Source: Blepharisma stoltei ATCC 30299
Taxonomy: Eukaryota; Protista; Ciliophora
DNA: 64,000 bases
Assembly: GCA_965603825.1 (NCBI GenBank)
Contig: CBFDEM010000001.1
Location: forward strand, 310,001 to 374,000
Direction: 5' to 3'
Each line of letters begins with the position of its first letter. Position 1 is the stretch's first letter. A program made the translations under genes and the position numbers. The notes below the pieces were generated by a model. It searched no databases and was not told the DNA's origin. It saw only the letters and a program-made list of their open reading frames with translations. Positions 13,347 through 26,192 of this stretch are shown in pieces.

Positions 13347-14192
13347 TTATATTGGTATTAAAGGCATTGCTTCTCTATTGGCTCTCAAATCTCTTTTACA
13401 GTTTGGACAATTGCTCTGTCTCATAAGCCACACATCAATGCATTGAAGGTGAAATTTATGTCCGCACGGCATAATCCTTACCTTTTCTCTAGCTCTAAAA
13501 TCTTCCAGGCACACTGTGCATTGATTAATATTTGCTTCAGATGCTTCAATAGTTTGAACATTAAATCTCAAGATCGACCCTGGTGACAACCCTTGCATGT
13601 GAGGACTTAGCCTTGGGGCTGGGTCGTCTCCATATTGTTCTGTCAATCTAACATATTGCCCTCTAATATCCCTGTTTCTGAAATAAACCATTGCCGAAAT
13701 CATAATAGAAGTCGTATAAGCAATTATTCATACATAAAAAATCATAAGTCATAATACAAAATACCAGCTTTGCTGCTGATCTTTAAAGCATCGCTGATTT
13801 ACATCTTCAGTTGTTATTAAATCTGCATCTTTTGATTCAACTTCTGCATACCAAAAAGTTCCTAAAAGTATCCAGCATAAGAAAAATGGATAGAGAATTC
13901 CTACAACAATGCATGATCTAAAGCCAGAATTGCTGGTAAACAGCTTAAAACATCATGGCTCATTCATTTCATCAGCATCAGGATCTCCCAAAGCGTGAGC
14001 AAGTCTAAATAAGCCAAGAATCAAGCATGATATGAGAAGTCAGATGTGAATTGGCTTGGAACAGTATCTAAATTAATCTTACTGGAAGTCACTTCATGCA
14101 ATTACTAGCTCAGCTCCTGCATAAAAGATAGCTAGTCCTATAAATACGTCGTTGCTGAGTGAATTTTACCATGATAATCGAATTGTGGGCAT
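13347..14192 (-). CDS. Multi-TM RING-H2 E3 ubiquitin ligase, ~271 aa, introns 14155-14169 and 14068-14082
   Basis: C-terminal CTVCLEDF..MPCGHKFHLQCIDVWL..CPNCK; N-terminal TM segments with CSKPIHI-W-LL after splicing two 15-nt introns and reading TGA as Trp. Confidence 0.87.
14068..14082 (-). other. 15-nt intron GTAAGATTAATTTAG
   Basis: Removes in-frame TAA in the RING gene. Confidence 0.87.
14155..14169 (-). other. 15-nt intron GTAAAATTCACTCAG
   Basis: Removes in-frame TAA after MPTIRLS. Confidence 0.8.
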
Positions 14193-14456
14193 TTCGGCTT
14201 GGAATTTAATCGATAATAAAACTCATTTTAAGTTTCCGAATTCATTGCATAAATATAGATACTTACTTCTAGAAGAACTTCATTTATTTGCTAGGTTAGA
14301 GTTTGTATATCAGACAAAATATTTAATTTATAAAAATATTGTATAAAGATTATGAATTAAAAATATTATTATATAATTAATTATAAGTATTTTAATTTAT
14401 GAGCTGCTTATAATATTAGGTCAAGTAGAATAATTGCTACGCATAGAAAAAAATGC

Positions 14457-16922
14457 TTAAGTCATTGACATTAAATATGAGTCTTTTCCCTTTATTTTCA
14501 TGAGCGAAATTTTCCTTCGCTGTGATATTGGGCTTTTCGTTTTATTGTGCTCAAATTCACCTCTCATTGTTTGCAGCTTATCAATTGGGGAAAGCGACCT
14601 ATCTCTATCAATTTGAAGAATCCTCCTCTTTACTGAAGCATCTGCACAGTTATAAAATCTCATCCCTTTTTTCATGTTTGAATTCGGCTTATTTTGAGTC
14701 TCAAAACAGCGATTTAAATTGTTTTCTTCACTTTTTTTCTTTTCCAATATGTCTGCAGAGAGTTTTTCACCATAAAGAGTTTTTTTAATCTTCCTGATGA
14801 CTTCTTGGGCAGAGAATTTATTATTCCTAAGTACTAGCGGAGGTGGTTTATTTGGTTTTGTGATTCTTCTAATTCTGCTAGGTGTTTCTTCTTCAAGGAA
14901 ATGTGGTAAGCAAGTTGGCTGAGGGGTTGTTGAAACTATTGATTCTCTTGCAGTGAATTGGGCTTGAAGTTGAATAAAGTGCGGGATTTCTGGAGTTGTA
15001 GACCTACGCATTGTTAATAGCTTTGAGGGCCTTTCCTTGACTAGATTAGCTTGAGAAACTCTTTGCAATAAATGCATCTTTGTGGCTGGAACAAAATCGT
15101 TTTTAGACTCAACATTATTTAAATCTTTGAGCCGTTTTTTTCAGCCACCAACTCCATTAGAGTGGATCTTCTTTACTTCTTTATTTAATAAATTCACAAG
15201 ATGATCAAGAGTCTCAGAGTCAATTTGGTTTTTCCCTAATGGTTTATAATTCATCTTATTTTTATCAAAAGGCTGGGTTGATGATTTATCTCTATTGTTT
15301 TCAGTATCAGAAAGTAAGCTCTCCGCATATATACTTGAGGACGATATACTATCAGAACTATGGCTTTGACTTCCAATTGAATTATTTTTGCAAGGCTTTT
15401 GAAGACTCTCATCTTCATTTATACATTGCAGGTCCCAACTTGAATTATAGGAGTGATAGCCAGCTACATTTATCCCTTCAGAATGCTTTATTTTGTTTTC
15501 TATTCCATCAAAATTAAACTTCTTAATCGTGAGAATTTTTAATTTTTTTTCTCAGGCCTTAGCGTCAATCCCTTTCTTTTTTATGAATTTTTTCATGCTT
15601 ATTACAAGTTGTGTCCTGGTATTGCTCAATTCAACTACTAAAGAGTGTATTTGAATTTTCTTTAAAATTGAAGCTTTCATGTGAAAAAGTGCATATAAAA
15701 TATTGTTATGCATTCTTCCATGGAGAGTCTGTGAAACTATAGTGCTAGTCCTTCTTAATATGCTAAATCTGTGAAGATTATCATCATTAAGGCTATCACT
15801 ATCTCTAAGTTGATTTAACTTTGAATCTTTTATAATTCCTTTTATGACTTGAGTATTTTCATTCTGTTCGGATAAAATTCTCATTAAATCAGAGATTTTA
15901 CTTGCGTTATTATATATTAATTTCAGTTTATCAAGAATGGTTCTTTTTCCAATAGCATAAGAGAGCAGATCCTTTACTGGAATTAATGACATCTGAGAGA
16001 TTCCAAATTGATTGCCAAAATTCTGAATATAAGAATTAAGCTTTGAAAGCTCTTCAGAGAACCTATTATAGTTTTCGGTTAATTCTGCAAGAAATGATGA
16101 ATATTTGTCTTCATCATATATTTTATCTTTCATATAAGGATGAATATTACCTTTGTGGCTATATGCCTCATGCTTCAAATAAGTTTGCTCATTTATAGTT
16201 TTTATGTGCTTTTCTGTATTTTCTAATATTATTTTTAAATAAAGCAGCACTTTTTGCATATTATTTGCATTCGCTAAAATCTGAGCATTATAATTAAAGA
16301 CTTCAGCTATTAAATTGGGATTCTTTTTATATATTTTAGCTTCTGTCATTTGAAGATTCAAGTGTATTTGTCCTAATTGCTGTGGCACTTTGCATTCATG
16401 TGAATTTATCGAATGAGAAAAAGTTATTTTAGGGATTTTTTTCGAATAGCAGTTTTCTTCAGCCGATATGTCTTCTTTTCAATTAAAATTATCAAAATTA
16501 ACTCTTGTTTCTGAAATCATATCCTTGACAGCACCAATTAAATTAGCAGATTCTTCTGATATAAAATCGTTGAGAAAAAAATAAATCTGGCTAATTTCAG
16601 TTTGACAATTCTTTATGTGTTTTAAAGATTTTTCTATTTGATTATCTATTTCTCTTGTGAGAACAGAAAATATATCAAGTATTTTAGAAGTTTTTACTTC
16701 GCAATGGTCAACTTTTGCAAGTGTTGCTTTAGATTGATTAATTATATCTTGACTATCTGTACAAAATGCTATATCGTTTTCAGCTAGAGATACCAAGAAT
16801 GTAAGTTCTTCAGCAAAATGCTGGATTTGGAGTAGAAAATCTTCGAATTCAAATGATAAGTAATTCAGTATTTTAGCAAAGCTTGGGCATACTTCTGGGT
16901 TTTGAGGGTCGTCTTGTGACAT
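14457..16922 (-). CDS. Hypothetical helical/coiled-coil protein, ~821 aa
   Basis: ORFs 16479-16934, 15552-16388 and 14457-15077 are one frame joined by TGA; ATG at 16922 (MSQDDPQ); no recognisable domain. Confidence 0.75.
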
Positions 16923-17146
16923 ATTATAATTCAAATTATAAAGTAGATTTAAGTTATTTAAGGTCTAGTTAGCGTTAACATCAAGATATATATCATATGT
17001 TGCATATTTATTAAAGCTAATAGTCTTATAAAAGTTATTGATTGATTTTGTTAACTTACTTTAGCAGATAATTAACACTTAAGCGAAACAGGCACTGAGC
17101 GTAAGAGATTTATCCTTAAATTGTTTAAATTTTAAATACTCCTTAT

Positions 17147-18652
17147 TTAAGCATTCAAGATCTTATCGGTAAGATATTGCTTAAACTCTTCTAAACTGAT
17201 GACTCCATTCCCATCCTTATCAGCTTCTGAAAGAAACTTGCTCCATTCTGAATCTTCAATTCCAGGTATACAATCTCTAAGTTCACTAAGTGAGAGCTGC
17301 CCATCTCCTCCTTCATCATATAATTTGAAAGCTCTCTGAAGTTCTTCTTTCTGAATGACTTTATTCCAAGTTGTTGCAGCAGTCAAAAATTCAGTATAAT
17401 CAATAAAGCCGCTGCCATCGCTATCACAGTTCTTCATAATTTCCATCACATCTAGCTGAGAGCCTAGCCCAAGGATCGCAGAGCCATCAGAAATTTCTTT
17501 AATGCTTAATCTCCCATCTCCATTTTTGTCTAATTGCTTGAAAAGGTTGACTAAATCTGACTCTTCAGAAGGAGTTGATACTTGTGCAGTAATAAAAGTA
17601 AGAATTGATTTTTCCAGTTTGGATTGAGACTATATAAGACTTACTCTAAACTTGTTTAGCTGTTCGAATGCTTGAGTATTGATTGGATTGTCTTCAATTT
17701 CTCCACTGATATGCTGCTTTATCCATCTATGATTCAAAACATCACTAGCACTAAATCTTGAAGCTGAGTCCACACAAATCATTTTCCGGATCAAATCTTT
17801 GGCATCTTCAGAAATACTTGGCCATATTCCTTTTGTCATCTCAGGCTGCCCAGCTCTTATTTTTTTTAACACTTCAACTTCGGTGTTTCCTATAAATGGT
17901 GGTCGTCCGGCTGAATAAAAATTACATAGCATTAAGTATAAAATGACTCCTGAGCTTCATATGTCACATTTTTCATCATAAGTCCCTGAAAAAACTTCAG
18001 GAGCCATATAATAAAGGGTCCCTATAGCTGTTGTGAGCTTTGATCCAGGTGCTAGTTTTTGGGAAATTCCAAAATCAATAACTTTTAATGGGGCATTTGG
18101 GTTGTTGTTCAGAAGTAGAAGGTTTTCTGGCTTTAAATCTCTATGGACAATATTCTTTTGATGGCAGTAGTTAATTGCTGTAACGATATCATGAATATAC
18201 TTCGCAGCTATTTTTTCACTAAATCTCATGTCTTTTAACACCTTATCAAAGAGTTCGCCACCAGTCAGGAGCTCTGAAACAATATAGTAGCATAAATCTG
18301 ACTCAATTACTTCGAAAAGTTTCAAAATATTGGGATGGTCCTAATTATTTTTTACCATCTCTTTAAGGAGCTCTACTTCCAAAAGCATTTGCTTTTCAGA
18401 GCTAGGGCCTAGTTTGGACTTTGGTATTTCTTTAATTGCGCGTTCAAGACCAGTTCTCTTGTCGATTACTTTGAAAACCGTTCCGAATCCTCCACTTCCA
18501 ATGGTTTTCAAAATTTCGAAATGGTCTCTAACCAAACCTTTAGTAGTTCTGACGAAATTTCCTTTACTAATGTTTGAGGAGTCAGCTCGAAGTCTCCCTT
18601 GATTACCTTTGCTTACTGGTGGATCCACAGGCTGAGAATTACAGCAACCCAT
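17147..18652 (-). CDS. Calcium-dependent protein kinase, ~486 aa, three 15-nt introns
   Basis: MGCC acylation motif, GSGGFG, HRDLKPEN, DFG, DI-W(TGA)-S, four EF-hands; splicing gives EM|DHPNI, LML|SGRPPF and KFR|SQSKL. Confidence 0.95.
17630..17644 (-). other. 15-nt intron GTAAGTCTTATATAG
   Basis: Removes in-frame TAG in the CDPK junction region. Confidence 0.9.
17911..17925 (-). other. 15-nt in-frame, stop-less intron GTAATTTTTATTCAG
   Basis: Splicing converts LMLCNFYSAGRPPF to canonical LMLSGRPPF. Confidence 0.85.
18341..18355 (-). other. 15-nt intron GTAAAAAATAATTAG
   Basis: Restores LKEM|DHPNILK. Confidence 0.92.
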
Positions 18653-18998
18653 TAATATGATTTATAAGTGTTTTATTAGTAATGAAAATTACACAAAAAA
18701 AACCGGAATTTTGATTAATCTAAAATTCATAAAAAACTGAAGATAAATATTAAAATAGACAACCCAAATATTTTTTTGGAAGCAGCTTTCTTATAAAAAT
18801 CATTATATTTGAAAACAAAAAAACTCTTTGCTGGTATAGCAAGCTTAAATAAACCCCTTCATATAATTTTTTTTATAAAAAAATCATTAATCAAGTTTAA
18901 TATTTGTAAGCTTTTCTGGAAGGAAAATATTATAGCTATCATATATAAAATTTTTAGGTAAAAATTTTATAGAGAAGAAATCTTTATTATAAAAGAAT

Positions 18999-19688
18999 AT
19001 GGCAACTAAGTGTCAATGGTTTAATTGCAGTAATGATGCTGAAGGCTTCTGTAGGTGCATACCAGAAGCGTTTAATTTATGCAAGTTTCATGTTCCAGAT
19101 CATTTAGAGCAAGTTGGTTTCAATCATAAGTACGAATCAATGTACATGAGAATTGATCCTCAAAGCATCGCAGAATTGAGAGAGGTAATGAGATGTGCCA
19201 AAGAAAAGATTGACAAGGAATACACCAATGTGTTAAGAGCCGTTCAAGGCATCATGAAATCGCTCAACGAAAAAGTGGAGCTAGAGCTAAAAAGGGTGAT
19301 GATTATTCAACAAAACTATTTGGCTGCTTTGGAGACCGTAGTCACACAAGAGAGAGTGAAGAAAAATACCGATGTCCCTGTATTTCAAGAAATTTTAACT
19401 AATTTTCAGAGGTTCAAGGAAATGACTAAAGAATCAAATTGGTTTACTATCACTTTGAAAGTAAATGAGGTGCAAGCAGCGATAGATAATTTTATAAAGC
19501 TTAAAATCACGAGGCCAGATCTTTATAAGATTGCTGGAGCGGTTGAAGGACTTGGTCAAGTGCCCATAGAGAACGCTAGGGAAGAAAGAAAAGAAAGGAT
19601 AGGGAATCCAATGGACCTAGAAGCTGGAGGACCAGACTCAGATTCAATTCACTCAGACGAAATGGAGGATTTCGATCCAAACTTTTAA
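18999..19688 (+). CDS. Hypothetical protein with N-terminal Cys/His (B-box-like) motif and coiled coil, 229 aa
   Basis: Uninterrupted ORF; CQWFNC...FCRC...LCKFHVPDH; acidic tail. Confidence 0.8.
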   Translation: MATKCQWFNCSNDAEGFCRCIPEAFNLCKFHVPDHLEQVGFNHKYESMYMRIDPQSIAELREVMRCAKEKIDKEYTNVLRAVQGIMKSLNEKVELELKRVMIIQQNYLAALETVVTQERVKKNTDVPVFQEILTNFQRFKEMTKESNWFTITLKVNEVQAAIDNFIKLKITRPDLYKIAGAVEGLGQVPIENAREERKERIGNPMDLEAGGPDSDSIHSDEMEDFDPNF

Positions 19689-20065
19689 TATTCATGAGTA
19701 AGCATCCTTTCTGCAGATATTATTTCCATTTATCCGAATTCTATAATTATAATGACTAAGTTTTCTTTGCTTTCGAGAAAAGTGTGCATATAAGAATGCT
19801 AGAAAAAGGTGCTCTGATTTCAATCATTCTTAAAGCTTTATCTTTTTTTATTACAAATTTCAGCATGCAATAGCTTTCTTAATTATAAGTTTAATTTTAC
19901 TAGCTCTTACTAAAGAGATATATTTAAAATACGAAAAAAGCAATAAAAAGAATTTTAATTTCTCTTCCCCAAGTTTATAGGCCTAAATTCTAATTTTTCT
20001 CAGCAGCGTATCTGCGTATCCTAAGTGTATATCGATATTTTTGAAAGTGAAAGCTGAAGGTTATA

Positions 20066-23000
20066 ATGTTAATTTTCTACTTAATTTCTATTGTCCTCGC
20101 TCAAGTCCCCAATCAAATAGCTCTTCTTTTGAATATCACATTTGCTGTTGACAATACTCAAGTCTCTAATCCTCTTTATCCTCCCTTTGCAACATGAGAC
20201 TTTGGAAGCTACAGTTTTTTGAAAGTTCTCACTGGCAATGAGGTCGTTCAATTCACTGCAACCTCAATTTTTACTTATCCTTCTATATCTGCCAGTTTGA
20301 ATAATCAAGAATCAGTGCCTTTGATTTCGAATGCAACTCAAAATTTATCAATCCTTGGATCTCTTCAGCCAGGCCCAAATACACTAGAGATTACATCCTC
20401 TTACAAGTCTTATGTCTACACTTACCAAATCGACATCTTCGTGAAGTGCTTGGACTGTGAACTCCTTAATATAAAATTTTATGCAAATGGCACAAGCTTA
20501 AGCTATAGTCCAAGTATATCATCAAGCATCATGGACTACAACTGTTCCAGCACCTTATCTCAAGCTATTTCAGACTTAGCAGTAATTCCAACTGCTTCTA
20601 GTAACTCATTGATTTCTATTCAACATCTTTCCATTGTCCAATTTTCGCCTAATATTTATAATCTCACATCAGATTCAAACTTCACAGTTACTGGTTTCTT
20701 TGATAATTTCCTAGAAAATATTGCAAGAATAAAAATTTCGTCCACTCAAGACCCAAGTTTATATCAATATTATTACTTCAGGTTTAATAAAGATGTACCT
20801 AATAATGTCCCATTATCGGCTACAGCCAAGCTTACAAACCAAGAAGCTCCTCTTCCTTACTATTGAGATTTAAAGCCTAGGTTTCACCCAAACACTTATA
20901 ACTATACCCTCGTCCCTCCACTTGCCTCAGATTCAGACCGAAATACTCTTCTTTTATTTACTGCAAAAATTCCTACCATATGTGCAGTCTATCCAACCCT
21001 TGGGCCTTTTCAGCATTTTTATTGGTCGACAGGTACATATTCTCCTGGATTTGATCTGGACTTAAAGTGGGCATATTATACTTGCAATTTTTTTGACTGA
21101 ACTGGTTCAACTGTGTCAAATATGTATAGCTTTACCTTTTACCGAATGTCAAGAAACGTTAATTTAGGCTCTTTAAGGTTCTTTTTAAACCCAATATTGA
21201 TGGTTGACTCAGCTGACCACTCATCTAATTCTTCATCGCTCGAATTAGGGTACAGTTATCAATACAATGCAACAAATCTTTCATCGACTACTGCTGTATA
21301 TGATGCTACCCCGGATTTGGCACAAGTTTTAACAGTCCAATCATTTGCTTCAACAAGGAGGTATTGGAATCTTGAAGATATTAATTTTGACCCTAATTCT
21401 CCAGGACTTATGATACTAGCTACTGGCGAAGATTCAGGAGCTACAGTTAAGTATAGTCTAAATGGAGCTGCAAATGAAACTGACTATTTTAATTCACCAA
21501 AAACAGTGTCTCCTTTAAAAGTTGGCCAAAATAACTTAAATTTCTATATCGTTTCTGAAGATGAAGCATATGAATATATATATTATGTCCAATTCAATTA
21601 TCTTTCTGGTGACACATCACTACTGTATCTAAATTTTGAAGGCTCATTGGATCAATCACCAAGCTTTTCTTCTGCGAATGATTTTTATTCAGTTACTATT
21701 CCTGATAGCTTGGAAAGTTTCTCAATCCTTTGCCAAACTACTGATTCAAATGCATCCTTATATTTAACTTCTCCTTATAATATTACCAATTATGGCTCTT
21801 TGAGCTTGATGAACTCAACACTGTTACTGCCTATCACAGAAGTCTATGGGCTAAATTTTACCCTCAAAGTCATTGCTGAAAGTACAAATATCCATAGAGA
21901 AATATCAGTCACTATGAATAGGCAGGATGCTTGTGGAAATGGAAGAAGATGGTCAACTGTAGAAGAATGCGATATAGGAGTAGAAAGTGAAAGCAATAAA
22001 GGCTGCACAAACTGCAAAATAGATCATGGATATACTTGCTCTGGGGGAGGTCTAAATTCTCCAGACGTTTGCTCGTCGATTCCTCAAGGCAATAATAATA
22101 CTTCGTCAGACCCTTCAACAGGAAATAATAGCACGACTGGTGGTGGCAATAATTCTACAAACTCAACAGACAATAATAGCACTAATTCAAATAATAATAC
22201 ATCATCAAACCAAACAGATCCAGGGAATCCAAGCAATAATAATACCAACCCTTCTAATCACACAATACCGACAGATAATACGAATGGCTCAAACAACACT
22301 AATGGGACTGATCCTGGCTCCGGCTCAAATAACAATAATGGCGGAAACTCAAATAATAATAACAATGGAACCTCAAATAACAATAATAACGGAACCCAAA
22401 ACAATTCTAGCTCAAGTGGAAATAGCACAAATCCAGGCGGAGGTCAATCAGGTGGAAACAATACAGACTCAGGCGGAAATCAGACTTGTAACCAAACCAA
22501 ATGTGATAATTCAACTATAGTGTGCACCAATGGAACAATTTATAACGAAACATTAAATAAGTGCATTGATATTCCTTCTAAAAACCCTAACAGATCTACT
22601 TCTTCCTCATCATTTTCTTTCAATATAGGAAAATACACAGGCTTGCTGACTCTTTTTATGGCTGGAGCTTCCATTATCTATGGCTCAATCTCCAAAATAA
22701 GACTTGAAAAAGCAATTGGAAATTTCTTAGGTGGTATAATTACTTTAATCAGTTCATATCAGGTTATGTACTTTGCTTATTCATTTTCAGAGACAAAAAC
22801 ACTATCAAAGTTCCTTAAATCTTTAGAATGGAGCATGTTTAGACTCTTTGAAACTCACTTTAAAGGGCGTCAACTGCTTGATGATAACATTTTTCCTTCA
22901 CAAAATCCTGATGCTTCTAATATCTGGTTCAATGCTGGCCAGGTCATGATCTACTTTGCTGGAATTGTTCTCCTCAACCTCTTGATTTTTGGTGTCTGCA

Positions 23001-24166
23001 TTTTTATCCCAAAAAATATTTCAGAGCTCTTCAAAAACTTTTTCTTATTCAAAATTTATATTTATTACGCTTTTATCACTTATCAGATCATTGTGGGGTA
23101 TTTCTTCATGCAGCTAACTGACATGGAAGAATGCGATTCAGCAGAAACAGTCATATTTTTTATCTGCTGCTTAGTGTATACAATTGCCTTGCCGATAATC
23201 CTTGTAATTATTTCGAAAAAATTACAAAATGAGGGGAAAAATTCAAGCCAAATTGAGCCACTGTTGATTGGGCTGCGGTTTAAGCAACAAGTAGCACCTA
23301 AAGAAGAATCTTTTGATGACTTTGAATTGTCAAGTAGTGATTATGATAGCGATGGCCAAAGAAAGCAGGGATCTCCTAAAGTAGAAAGTATGACTGTTAA
23401 AAATGATATTTCACAGAATAAGGCTGAAAGATCATTTATTCTTGAAAAGAAAGAAAACCGGCCGGTTTTCTTTTCAACTCCTTGGAAAAAGCTTGAAAGT
23501 ATTTCTGATGCTTCAGTTTCTGATTTTACTCCACAGAATCATGAAGAAATTACATTTGCAGCTATTCCTGAGCCAAGCTCAGTAAAAATCGCTATGCACT
23601 ATTATCCTATCTTGCTGCTGCAGAAAGTCTTGTATTTGTTCTTCATTGTAGTTTTTCCAGACGTTTGGAGCAAAACAATTCCTTGTTTTTTTACTGGCGT
23701 GATCTTTTCAGCACTTGTCGTCCTAAAGCAGCCTTTTGATAGCTTTTACTACAATTTACTGCACTTTATTTATCACCTACTTACAGCGTTCTTTTTCTTA
23801 GCTCTAGGAATAGCAGAAGAATACAAAAATAATGGTCTAGAGTACTTCGCAATCACAATAGCATGCTTAATTATTTTATGCTTTGTGGTATGCACTATAG
23901 CAGAAACGACCCTATTTACGATTAAGATGGCAAAATCCTGTAAAAGAAAAAAGAAGAGCTATACTCTAAACTTAGACAAGCTGGATAACTGTGATAATAC
24001 TTATGCTCCTGAGTCGACTACTCGAATAATATCCACCTATAGAGCAAATGAAGAAGAAGCCAACTCTGAAAAGCCTGCAAAAAGACTGAACACTGAGCCT
24101 TTGAAAGACTGTGGGAAAGAAGAAGCTAAGTTCTTTAGTTTTCAAGAGGCAGAGTCGTTCGCATAA
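20066..24166 (+). CDS. Large cell-surface multipass membrane protein, ~1366 aa (signal peptide, beta-sandwich repeats, Cys-rich repeat, N/S/T/G stalk, multi-TM C-terminus)
   Basis: ATG 20066 MLIFYLISIVLA; joins the 20219 and 21113 ORFs through TGA; PSFSSANDFYSVTIP-type cadherin-like beta-sandwich motifs; CGNG..EECD..GCTNCKIDHGYTC; roughly 9-10 hydrophobic segments. Confidence 0.82.
22087..22520 (+). repeat. Coding low-complexity Asn/Ser/Thr/Gly tract (aat/aac runs)
   Basis: GNNNTSS..NNSTNSTDNNSTNSNNNTSS..SNNNNNGTSNNNNNGT with dense N-x-S/T sequons. Confidence 0.85.
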
Positions 24167-25530
24167 TGTTAAAATTAATTTATTATATTAAACAGTCAAT
24201 ATGCTAAGTTCTGCTCCTGAGCAGTTGCCAAAGAATATGATGTAGACACCAATGTGCCAGCAGAATCCGAAATTCCTTTATACTCTTTTTTTCCTTCTTC
24301 ATACACAATTATCCTCTCATCACACAGCCTGATTCCAATTTTCATTCCATTACAGCCAAGTAATTTTTCGATTTTTCATTCGGCTCTAGATTATATATGC
24401 CAATTATATTAAATTCGCTTTGTTCACTTTCAAACGATTTTCATCAAGCAAGCATTTGAGATGCAAACTTCTTTTCCCAGACACTAACTTTTCATTCAAC
24501 TTTAGAGGCTAATAAAGATCTCTCTTTTATATCAATATTAATAGGCCTCCTGCCTCGCCGAAGTCAATCAGTCTTATGCTTAATTGATTCCATCTTTCTA
24601 TAAACACAACAGTGATCATTCTGCTTCTGCTCCGACAAGAATGTTGCTCTTGCTGAAAACCAATGAGGTTGTCAGTCCAATATAAGCTTTGGTTGCTACT
24701 ATGCATTTCGTTGGAGATTTTCGAAAATCGTGATCTCCCATTAAACCCTTCACATAGATATGGAAGTGTCGGATGGAAAGCTAATGATAGACACTAGTAG
24801 CTTGCAGATAGGAATTGGATGCCTTGCTCAAAGATTTCTTCATTTCAAATCCTGATAGTTTGATTGCTGAAGCTACAAAACTTCGACAAGCAATTGAGGT
24901 AATTTCTTCTGAATGGCTACTGATGATGCGTAGTGTGGCATGCTCATTTCAATCAATGTACCAAATATTGCAATGGTGACCATCTGCAAGGTCTTTATCC
25001 CCAGATATGCCATAAGCATAAGATTCTGGGTAGCTTTCTAGCAAATTGTATCTTGCTGGCCAGAAAGCATGCCATCTGTCCATTTACAGCTATAGATTTT
25101 AGGGTGCCCACTGCCAACTATAACTCTATCTTCTTTTGAAGAAATACAAGTGATTTTAAAATCAACTAATCTCTAACTTGATGCCAGCGTATTAGTTCGT
25201 GCATTGAGTATTAAGACCATCCCTGACTCAGTACCTGCAAACAAAAGATGGGATGAAATCTTCTCGAAAAATTTAGAAAATTCAGGTCAAGTCAGAGTTT
25301 CATTAGTTCCAATTCCTTCAGCCTTCTGAAATTCAAGCTGGTTATATTGGTTTAGTCTCAAAAATATCATATCATGATTCGATAGTGTCACAAGCTCTAA
25401 TGTTGAGTCCTGTGAAATCCAAATAATCTGATTTGCATAATTTTCTAATATAGAAGTAGCAAATATTTTTCCTGATTTTATATCTCATACCGCAATTAAG
25501 CATTCATCAATATTTCCTATTGAAATTAAT
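23911..25530 (-). repeat. Right arm of inverted duplication (partner 3614-5332)
   Basis: Revcomp colinear with 3614-5332; the two short ORFs MWHARFNQCTKYCNG (4020-4211 -) and MWHAHFNQCTKYCNG (24933 +) reflect it. Confidence 0.92.
24188..25530 (-). pseudogene. 5'-truncated, frameshifted pseudogene of the C-terminal third of the WDR90-like gene
   Basis: Colinear with 3614-5146 but with small indels and a deletion of roughly 4810-4970; no start codon or N-terminus. Confidence 0.9.
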
Positions 25531-26192
25531 GATATTTAAAACGACCGAGATATACAGCATATAGATCTTATAGTTTTTATCCTTCCGATGCTACCAAGAA
25601 GATCAGGTATTGGCTTCATCAGCTTATACCGATAAAAACAACTCTTAAATGGCAAATCTGTCATATCGAATATACTTGCCAACTCAAGAGCTGGTTTCAT
25701 CAACATAAGTTGATGAAATGAACTCCAGTTGTCTCGAGAGATATCAGAAGTCTAGGAATCCATTAGCGTGTGTTCGCAATATAATCAAAATTGCTTGCTT
25801 TAAACAAATATCTAAAGTTGCTGAATTTATGCCTAAAATTTTTTACCCAACCCTGATTTTTCTGTGACCAAAAAAACTTTAGACTTTTAATAGCTTTTGG
25901 TTTATTTTACTAAGCATTCTTTTTCATCTATAGGTACTACTGCATCTTTACCTTATAATTAATTTTATATAAAATTTCGAAGAATGAACAAAAAATGCTG
26001 CCAAACTTATCCATATCATATTTATATCTGCAATGTTTTATTTAAATATATTGAAATCAAAAAGAAGTCTGCGTTTTTCTCTTTAGAAATTTGTTAATCC
26101 CAGTACTTGATCAAGTAAAAACTTACTTATTTTAGCAAGCGAAAATTTTTGCTCGCTCAGCTTCTGGCAATGTTTTTTACTATTTATTATTT

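Noticed and set aside
22584-22592. CCCTAACA, resembling a heterotrich telomere unit
   Set aside because: Single copy inside a coding frame; no tandem array.
24933-25139. ORF MWHAHFNQCTK.. and its twin at 4020-4211 as a duplicated small gene
   Set aside because: Both are antisense shadows of WDR90 and its pseudogene.
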